IMG/VR virus record: IMGVR_UViG_3300009868_000002
Location: 1 to 64,000 of that record
Reading direction: 5' to 3' (one strand)
Length of the DNA stretch: 64,000 nt
Origin: a virus
Taxonomy: Duplodnaviria > Caudoviricetes
Below are positions 57,463-64,000 of the stretch, piece by piece; within the stretch, counting starts at the first letter, position 1; every line of letters begins with the position of its first letter. A model generated the notes under the pieces. That model saw only the letters and a program-made list of their open reading frames with translations. It was not told the DNA's origin and did no database searches. The position numbers were made by a program, and so were the translations under genes.

Positions 57463-60400
57463 TTGCACCATAACACGGAATCAGCACGATGAAATCGTCA
57501 GCGTAAAAGCTGCTAACGGTAACGACAGTAAGCTCTTCGCCGACATACTGGCACACGAGAAAGTCCAGGGCGATAAGGAATTGGCTGTACAGATATATAA
57601 AAGTATCTATACCGAAGAGTTTGAGAAAGCTACCAGGGAGACTATCGCCAAGGAGAAGGTGACTACCGCCGAAACAAAGGATGCCAACGCTGAATATAAG
57701 CTGGACTGGCTGGAGAAGCACGCCCTCTTCTTTGTCCCCAAGAGTGCTGAATTGCGTCATGGCGTATACCAGTCGCAGATGGAAGGCAAGACGAAAGATG
57801 CCAAGGATGCCGCTGAGAGGCTGCTACTGATGAATGACGCCGTCACCAAGCCTGTAAATAAGAACGACAAGTATATCGTCGAAGGTAAGGAGCTAAACCG
57901 TGTTACCGAAGAGCTGAAGAAGGATGAATTCTTTGGCTATCGCGGCATCGACGAAGAAGAAACAGAAGAAGATATACTGCGTCAGGCATGGGGTAATACC
58001 GTCGATAAGATTCTCAATGCCGTTGTTGCAGGGGAGGATGTTACGCTGGATAAAGACGACAAAATCACACAGGAAGTATTCGACTACCTGAAGAAGTACT
58101 TCTCTGACTTGATAGCTAAATACCCTGGGCATATCTTTCTTTCGCAGATGTCGCTATTCAATGTCAGCAAAAACATAGCGGGTACCGCTGACGTCGTGAT
58201 GATAAACCCTGAAGGCGAATTGCGCTTTATAGACTTGAAGACAAGTCTGTATCCATTCACGGAAGGCTATAAGACGGATGCAGGATTTGATGCACATTAT
58301 AACAAAAGAGTTACCCATAAGGAAGGCGACAAGAAAGTAGTCACCGCCAGCCGCAAGGACAGGCACTCGGCACAGGTAGGTACCTATGCCGCTATGGCGG
58401 AAGCTATGGGATTCAAGCTTGCCGAGAAGCCTATACTAATCCTTCCCTTTCAGATTACAAAGGTAGATGGCGACAAGATAGCGAGAGTGAAGCATGATAC
58501 CTATGGTGAGGATGACTTCATTGAGGGGGAGTACTTCCAGACGATACAGGCACGCTATAACAAGGATACCAGGCTGGAAGGTGCTACTCATGCTATCACT
58601 CGTGCGCTGAAGATACTAAAGGAACACGCTATGCTGGCTAGGCAGCGTGGTAAGCCATCGGGACGTATCGAAGCAATCATCAAGGAGATTGACGAAAGCG
58701 TCGATGCAGAGGCAGCGATAAAGTTTATCGACAATGCCTATACTACCTTTGTAGCTAACATCGCCAAGCAATACAACAAGGAAGTCGACACACTAAAAAA
58801 AGCTACTCCCGAGCAGTATGGCGATGCAATCGTCACCTTCCTCAACTTTCTGGATGACACCAGAAAGATGATGGACATCTACCATGGTAAAGACTCTATC
58901 CTAAAGAGTATCAATAAGCTATATCGCAACATCAAGGATATAGACCCCGGCTACAGACCCGAAGCAGGCTCACCGCTGGATAAGATAGAGACTACCATTC
59001 GCGTCATCGACGACTTACGTACCGATATCGACGACATCCTTCCCGGCATTATGGCGCGGATACTGGCCAAGCAGGTACACTTGGGAAGCATTGAAGCAAT
59101 GAAAGCCAAGGAGCAGCATCTGATAAAGAAAGTCAATGCTTCGCCTAAAGACTCCCGCAATCGTGTCAAGCATGAGAGAGAGCTTGCCGAGCATAGAGAG
59201 AAATTCCATATCTCCGAGAGTGGCGACCCCGACATGATTGCGAAGATTGAGCAGGAGATAAAGCAGGGAGGGTATAAGGATATAGGCGCTATGGACAGGT
59301 GGTTTAGCCCTGCTGTAAGCATGGATAACAGCTTTCTGGCGACGTTTGTGCTGACGCTAAAGGAAGCTTTCGAGAAAGCCAAGGCACTGGCACGGGACTT
59401 TATGTACCAGGCACATGAAGCTTTTGAGGAATATGCCAAAGTGGCTGGTGCTAGCAGGGATAACCCTAACCAGTTTAATGCTGGCCTCTTCAAGAAGCGC
59501 AACATGTTTCTGGATAAGGATACTACTAAAGAAGTGCTAAGCTTTGTAGCCCCCCTAGACTATGGCCGCTTTGAAGCCGAGCGCACTAAGATGTTCAAGG
59601 AAGCGGAGAAGATTAAGGACAGGAATGCGAAGAATAAGTTTGTCGCCGACTGGTACGCCGCTAATACGCAGCTACGCCCTCTGGAGCACGTCGAAGGAGT
59701 GACGACGTATAACGGCGTCAAGCTGCTGGATTCTGTCAGGGATGTTGCTGCACGCATGAAAAAGAATTGGGGTGAGGACTTGACAAATAAGTATATTTCG
59801 GAGCACGTCACCTTTACCAACGGTAAGATGACGTCGGCAGACTGGACATCGGGGATGCTGATACCCAGCATAAGTAAGTACGCCGATAGCGACTTTGCTG
59901 CACTGCGCACTAATGCCGCCAAGTTTAAGTTCTACCTGTTCCTGATGAATAGCTACCTGCGCTCACAGTCGCGGCTACCGGCACGCAAGAGTGAGTCACA
60001 TCGATTTCTGGTGCCCTTCGTGAAGAAGTCGGGAGGAGACAGACTGCGCGAAGGTAAATTCTGGGATGCTTTCAAGAATAGGTTCTGGGATGAGGCTATG
60101 CTGCGCATCGATGAAGACTATCAGACGGAGGGGCTGGAAGATACCAAAACCATTCCTATCCTCTTCTATAACGATGGACATACCATGGATGCTGCCGATG
60201 TGAGCACCGACTTGATGGCAAGCATCCTGAAATTCGAGATTGCCAGCTTACGCTATGAGCAGCAAAGCAGGCATAGCAGCCTTGCCGACAACTTGCTGCT
60301 TAGCGTTAAGCAAACGGAGCCTGCTGCAACAGACAGCGCTGGCTGGCGTATCTTAAGTAAGGCGGCGAAGGCAGTAGGCATTACCGAAGGGATGGAGAAA

Positions 60401-61825
60401 TACGTGAAGAAACACGGCAGCAATCAGGTTGCCGCCATGCTGGAAGCATTTATCGACGTTACCATCTATGGGCAGCGCCGCAAAGACCCCACCTTTAAGA
60501 TAGGCAGCCGAGTGGTGGACTTGGGTAAGGTTGCTGACAGCATCATTAGCTTTAGTAGCAAAACGCAGATTGCCGCCGACTGGACGCTGGCATTAGCCAA
60601 CTCCTTGCAGGCACGGGTAAACCAACAAATAGAAGCAGCAGCACGTCAGTATTATAATGGCAGAGACTGGATAAAGGCAGAAGTGGAATACGATAAGCAC
60701 CTGGGGGCAATGGTTGGCGACAGACTTAATCCCGTCACCAAGTCACTCATGGGGCAGCTGATAGACTTATATGAGCCTATCCAGGGCACCTTCACCGATG
60801 AGTTTGGACATCGACTAAGCAAGAGCAAGTTTAAGGCACGGATGAATAGCAGCTTGCTATACTTCGGCATGAAGTCGGGGGAGCATCATGCACAGGTAAA
60901 GAGCATGATAGCGATGATGCTAAGCAAGCAGGTGATGCAGAATGGTAAGCCTATTCCGCTATATGAAGCTTATGAGCGCGATGCGTCGGGAAAATTAAAG
61001 CTTAGGGAGGGTGTTGAAATGACGGAGCTGGTGGATAGGGCATTACAGAATAGGCTCCATGCCGTCAACAAGCGGCTGCATGGTGTATACAATAGCTTTG
61101 ATGGAGTAGAGATAGAGCGGCACTGGTATGGCAGGCTGCTAATCATGTACAAGAAGTGGCTGGCACCGGGACTAAAGAGAAGGTGGAAAGCAGAAGGCTT
61201 TGACTATGAACTAGGAGACTTCACCGAAGGGATGTATTCTACCTTCTTCAAGAAGCTCTTTGGTGAGTTTGGCGAATTCGCCAAGTACGTCACCGGCAAG
61301 GAGCATACCTTTTCGCCGATGGAGATAGCGAATATACGCAGGACGCTGTATGAATTTAGCGTTATCGCTATCACAGGGACGCTGGCTATCATCCTGTCGG
61401 CACTGGGCAGTGGCGCCGATACCGATAAGAAGTGGAAGTACCAATGGCCGCTGTATTTCCTGATGAGGTTGAATGCCGAGATATCGATATATGGAGGCTT
61501 GGGCGACCCTAGCAGCTTATTCCTTCCCAACTTACGGGAAGTGATTAGCCCCTATAGGAGCATTCCTGTGATGACGGTATTGCAGAAAGTTACTAACTTA
61601 TATTCTTCGGCATCGGGGGATGTCATTAATCTGATGCTTGGACAGGATATAAATAGATACCAAAATAATACAGGCATTTTTGACGCTGGCACCAGTAAGA
61701 CATGGGCTAATGCCGTCAAGGTGTGGGGTATTTCCGGCAAGTCGATGGATTCTGACTTGGCGTTAGACATACTACTACTACAGAAAGGTAGCAATGTTGC
61801 TGTAGTAGGTAAGACGAGAGAGTAA
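57455..61825 (+). CDS. Giant cargo protein with PD-(D/E)xK nuclease domain
   Basis: GTG start; IAGTADVV...IDLKTS...HSAQVGTY; helical C-terminus with hydrophobic segment. Confidence 0.75.
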   Translation: MASCTITRNQHDEIVSVKAANGNDSKLFADILAHEKVQGDKELAVQIYKSIYTEEFEKATRETIAKEKVTTAETKDANAEYKLDWLEKHALFFVPKSAELRHGVYQSQMEGKTKDAKDAAERLLLMNDAVTKPVNKNDKYIVEGKELNRVTEELKKDEFFGYRGIDEEETEEDILRQAWGNTVDKILNAVVAGEDVTLDKDDKITQEVFDYLKKYFSDLIAKYPGHIFLSQMSLFNVSKNIAGTADVVMINPEGELRFIDLKTSLYPFTEGYKTDAGFDAHYNKRVTHKEGDKKVVTASRKDRHSAQVGTYAAMAEAMGFKLAEKPILILPFQITKVDGDKIARVKHDTYGEDDFIEGEYFQTIQARYNKDTRLEGATHAITRALKILKEHAMLARQRGKPSGRIEAIIKEIDESVDAEAAIKFIDNAYTTFVANIAKQYNKEVDTLKKATPEQYGDAIVTFLNFLDDTRKMMDIYHGKDSILKSINKLYRNIKDIDPGYRPEAGSPLDKIETTIRVIDDLRTDIDDILPGIMARILAKQVHLGSIEAMKAKEQHLIKKVNASPKDSRNRVKHERELAEHREKFHISESGDPDMIAKIEQEIKQGGYKDIGAMDRWFSPAVSMDNSFLATFVLTLKEAFEKAKALARDFMYQAHEAFEEYAKVAGASRDNPNQFNAGLFKKRNMFLDKDTTKEVLSFVAPLDYGRFEAERTKMFKEAEKIKDRNAKNKFVADWYAANTQLRPLEHVEGVTTYNGVKLLDSVRDVAARMKKNWGEDLTNKYISEHVTFTNGKMTSADWTSGMLIPSISKYADSDFAALRTNAAKFKFYLFLMNSYLRSQSRLPARKSESHRFLVPFVKKSGGDRLREGKFWDAFKNRFWDEAMLRIDEDYQTEGLEDTKTIPILFYNDGHTMDAADVSTDLMASILKFEIASLRYEQQSRHSSLADNLLLSVKQTEPAATDSAGWRILSKAAKAVGITEGMEKYVKKHGSNQVAAMLEAFIDVTIYGQRRKDPTFKIGSRVVDLGKVADSIISFSSKTQIAADWTLALANSLQARVNQQIEAAARQYYNGRDWIKAEVEYDKHLGAMVGDRLNPVTKSLMGQLIDLYEPIQGTFTDEFGHRLSKSKFKARMNSSLLYFGMKSGEHHAQVKSMIAMMLSKQVMQNGKPIPLYEAYERDASGKLKLREGVEMTELVDRALQNRLHAVNKRLHGVYNSFDGVEIERHWYGRLLIMYKKWLAPGLKRRWKAEGFDYELGDFTEGMYSTFFKKLFGEFGEFAKYVTGKEHTFSPMEIANIRRTLYEFSVIAITGTLAIILSALGSGADTDKKWKYQWPLYFLMRLNAEISIYGGLGDPSSLFLPNLREVISPYRSIPVMTVLQKVTNLYSSASGDVINLMLGQDINRYQNNTGIFDAGTSKTWANAVKVWGISGKSMDSDLALDILLLQKGSNVAVVGKTRE

Positions 61826-61914
61826 TTTAGTAACTAAATTTATTCCCATGACGACAGAGCAACAGCCGGGAGGCTGCATTCGCTTAATCCACTCTTTAGA
61901 AGAAATTAAAGCTT

Positions 61915-61942
61915 AGGTAGGGTAGGTTTCCCTACCCCACCT
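61915..61942. terminator. Hairpin between convergent modules
   Basis: gggtagg-tttc-cctaccc core at the strand switch. Confidence 0.45.
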
Positions 61943-62000
61943 GCCTATCTGCAATTAAAGGTGAAGATTAGTTAAAAAGGTTAACAAATAAAACTTCATC

Positions 62001-62402
62001 TTACTCTTTATTAGCGTTTAAAAAATACTGGTTATAGCATTCCTCCAGTTTCTTCCAGATTCCATCGGAGCCTTCTTTTACTAGTATGTCGAACACTTCC
62101 TGTGCAGCAAGGGTAGAGCCGTCATAGTAGCAGGGCCTGCCATCGAAGTGCCTACAGCTTTTGCTGCGCCATTGTCCTTCATAGCGAGGAGAGATAGAGT
62201 GATAGCCCACATCAGCAGGAAAGGGCTTGTCTAAGGCCGCTGTATTTTCAGGTAGATACCATCCTGTGAATAGCACAAACTCTACTACTCCTAATTCTCC
62301 CTGCACCGACATGATTATCTCGGCGCAGTGAATACCATAGTTTTTATTAGGGTCGCTATCCCTTTTATCCCATGCTGGTGTTATTACTATCTTATGCTCC
62401 AT
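62001..62402 (-). CDS. Hypothetical phage protein
   Basis: 133 aa; DVGYHS, CYYDGS. Confidence 0.65.
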   Translation of the reverse strand: MEHKIVITPAWDKRDSDPNKNYGIHCAEIIMSVQGELGVVEFVLFTGWYLPENTAALDKPFPADVGYHSISPRYEGQWRSKSCRHFDGRPCYYDGSTLAAQEVFDILVKEGSDGIWKKLEECYNQYFLNANKE

Positions 62403-62788
62403 TATTGGAAAGTAACCATACCATAAATCTCTCTAACATAAGCGTCCTTCTTGATAGTTCCGCTGCGCTTCATCTGATAGAGTCGTGATTTTGCTTCTTC
62501 CAGAGTATCATAGAATTCCCATTTCCTATAGTAAGCGTATCTTCCATTGCCTATCGGCATGGCGACATACTTACGTCCGGCATTGATGAGTCGGGAGTAG
62601 ACGGCTTCACAGATGCCATACATGCACACAGGGACGGTATTTTCTTCGATGTCGGTACCGGGGCTGCCTTTGCCGCCTAATACGGTGTTGTAGGAATCGG
62701 GTACATCATCGGGACACAGCAAGCAGGGATACTGCGCTATGGCGATGTTGGAGAGCAGCAATGCCACTATAACAATGAGTTGTTTCAT
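62402..62788 (-). CDS. Secreted protein with SPOR-like C-terminus
   Basis: MKQLIVIVALLLSNIAIA|Q; FYDTLEEAKSRLYQMKRSG..KDAYV. Confidence 0.6.
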   Translation of the reverse strand: MKQLIVIVALLLSNIAIAQYPCLLCPDDVPDSYNTVLGGKGSPGTDIEENTVPVCMYGICEAVYSRLINAGRKYVAMPIGNGRYAYYRKWEFYDTLEEAKSRLYQMKRSGTIKKDAYVREIYGMVTFQ

Positions 62789-62893
62789 TTTAGAACATTT
62801 TACTAATTAAAAGAAGAAGCTCCACACGGTACCATCGAAATAACTTCCACTAAAATTATTCCTTTATGCTGGTGGAGCTTCTGTTAGTTAAAG

Positions 62894-63163
62894 CTAGTTT
62901 GCACGTTCGTCACTAGGTGGAGTGCTCCTAAAAATAGCATCGAGTACAGCACCGATAAGCCTGAAAGGTAAGCCGAAGAGCATCATGAATCCACCGGGAT
63001 TACCTGTAGCACTACGAGCACCAGCGAGGGTGTTCTTGGGCGTTGGGCGAGCACGGTATTTGCGTGTTTTCGCCGTCTCGTGAGTGGCATACTTGTCACC
63101 GTATACCTTGCCTGCTGCACGACGCAGCTTGCGAGCTTGTCTGATAGATTTCTTTTTGTCCAT
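62894..63163 (-). CDS. Small basic protein with hydrophobic C-terminal segment
   Basis: 89 aa, K/R-rich; FMMLFGLPFRLIGAVL. Confidence 0.55.
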   Translation of the reverse strand: MDKKKSIRQARKLRRAAGKVYGDKYATHETAKTRKYRARPTPKNTLAGARSATGNPGGFMMLFGLPFRLIGAVLDAIFRSTPPSDERAN

Positions 63164-63286
63164 CGTACTTATTTTAGTGAGTTAAAAAATGCTTTCTCAA
63201 AGTATGCTCTCACTAAAAAGAGGAAGCCCTGCACGTGAAAATCCCATGAAGAAATATACTGAAAACCATGTGGCAGGGCTCCTGTG

Positions 63287-63520
63287 TTACTTGCGTAGCT
63301 GTAGCCAGCTTTTTATCTTAGTAGGTATATCCTTACGCTTGCATCGTATCTCGTCAGGCAGACACTCCGTAAGTGGGCTGCACTGATTCTTTATGCGGTA
63401 GATTTCAATACACTGCTTCAGTGGATTGTATTTGCCTATCGTACCCATGCCCTTGACGGTAATCTCGGGGGCAATAGCGTCTCCCAGAAAAGAAACCTCA
63501 ACGTCATTTCTGTCCATCAC
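63287..63520 (-). CDS. Hypothetical protein
   Basis: 77-aa ORF in the minus-strand block. Confidence 0.5.
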   Translation of the reverse strand: MMDRNDVEVSFLGDAIAPEITVKGMGTIGKYNPLKQCIEIYRIKNQCSPLTECLPDEIRCKRKDIPTKIKSWLQLRK

Positions 63521-63762
63521 TAAGCAAGTTTAGCACTAGCCAGTACTTCTTACGATTTTCTATAATGCCGGGAGGATGTATCTTGCCAAAGAGGCGACGC
63601 CAGAACGACTTTCTTATTTTTGCTATCATCGAAGTAAGTTTTAGTGGAATTCAGATTCTGACTGCCAGCTATCTCCCTGACAGTTACGTATGTTGTTATA
63701 GCGTGTAGTGCTCTTGGGAGAGAGCCAGCAGAAAAGTTTTGCAATGATGTATTTAAGCAGCT

Positions 63763-63966
63763 TCATGACTTGTCAATTAAGGTGTAGTCGATATAGATAT
63801 ATGCAGTACCTTCATAGTGCTTTAGAAAAGCATCTTTCAGGACTTTCGCCTGATAACGCAAAAGAGGAGAAGTCTTCTGGCTAGGCCCTTCTTTCATTTG
63901 CAGGCGTGCCCTCCAATAGGGATAGCCTAAGAACATAGCTTTAAACCAATGTTTGATAAATTTCAT
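63763..63966 (-). CDS. Hypothetical protein
   Basis: 67-aa ATG-initiated ORF in the minus-strand block. Confidence 0.5.
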   Translation of the reverse strand: MKFIKHWFKAMFLGYPYWRARLQMKEGPSQKTSPLLRYQAKVLKDAFLKHYEGTAYIYIDYTLIDKS

Positions 63967-64000
63967 CGCCCGATAAGTTTATAGTCGATACGTATTGTTG

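Noticed and set aside
51307-57466. Terminal Cys residues as split-intein junctions
   Set aside because: No Hint-domain blocks or His-Asn ends; the Cys are at positions 3-4 or penultimate, not at splice positions.
6891-61825. Stop-codon reassignment as in some crAss-like phages
   Set aside because: Core genes are full length in the standard code, and TAA, TGA and TAG all end genes at sensible boundaries.
63550-63744. 64-aa minus-strand ORF
   Set aside because: TTG start and no motif; may be real but is not supportable from the sequence alone.
1-64000. tRNA or rRNA genes
   Set aside because: Intergenic gaps are short and I saw no cloverleaf or T-loop pattern; tRNAscan-SE would be decisive.

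Overview
This window is the late/structural half of a crAss-like (Crassvirales-type) podophage infecting a Bacteroidota host, read in the standard genetic code. On the + strand it opens with three 22-bp iterons and a RepL-like gene, then small accessory genes. Next comes the head module: terminase large subunit, portal, acidic scaffold-like protein, major capsid protein and conserved downstream genes. Holin-like and fibre/adhesin genes follow, then a PD-(D/E)xK nuclease, tail ring and muzzle proteins, and a cargo gene apparently split by a GIY-YIG homing endonuclease. The + block ends with giant ejected proteins, including a two-barrel virion RNA polymerase (GADFDID) preceded by a ferritin gene. 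Small minus-strand genes converge from about 62 kb. Two patterns stand out. First, the three giant cargo proteins (6,167 aa in total) contain only four cysteines, all at the adjoining termini, which suggests a head-to-tail disulfide-linked ejection chain. Second, a 1,471-aa tail-fibre-like protein and several others carry Bacteroidota signal peptides followed by Gln, and the fibre has about 30 D-(S/T)-(A/I/L/V/M/T) sequons, which suggests export to the periplasm and O-glycosylation by the host. All family assignments come from motif recognition and gene order by eye; no database search was run.
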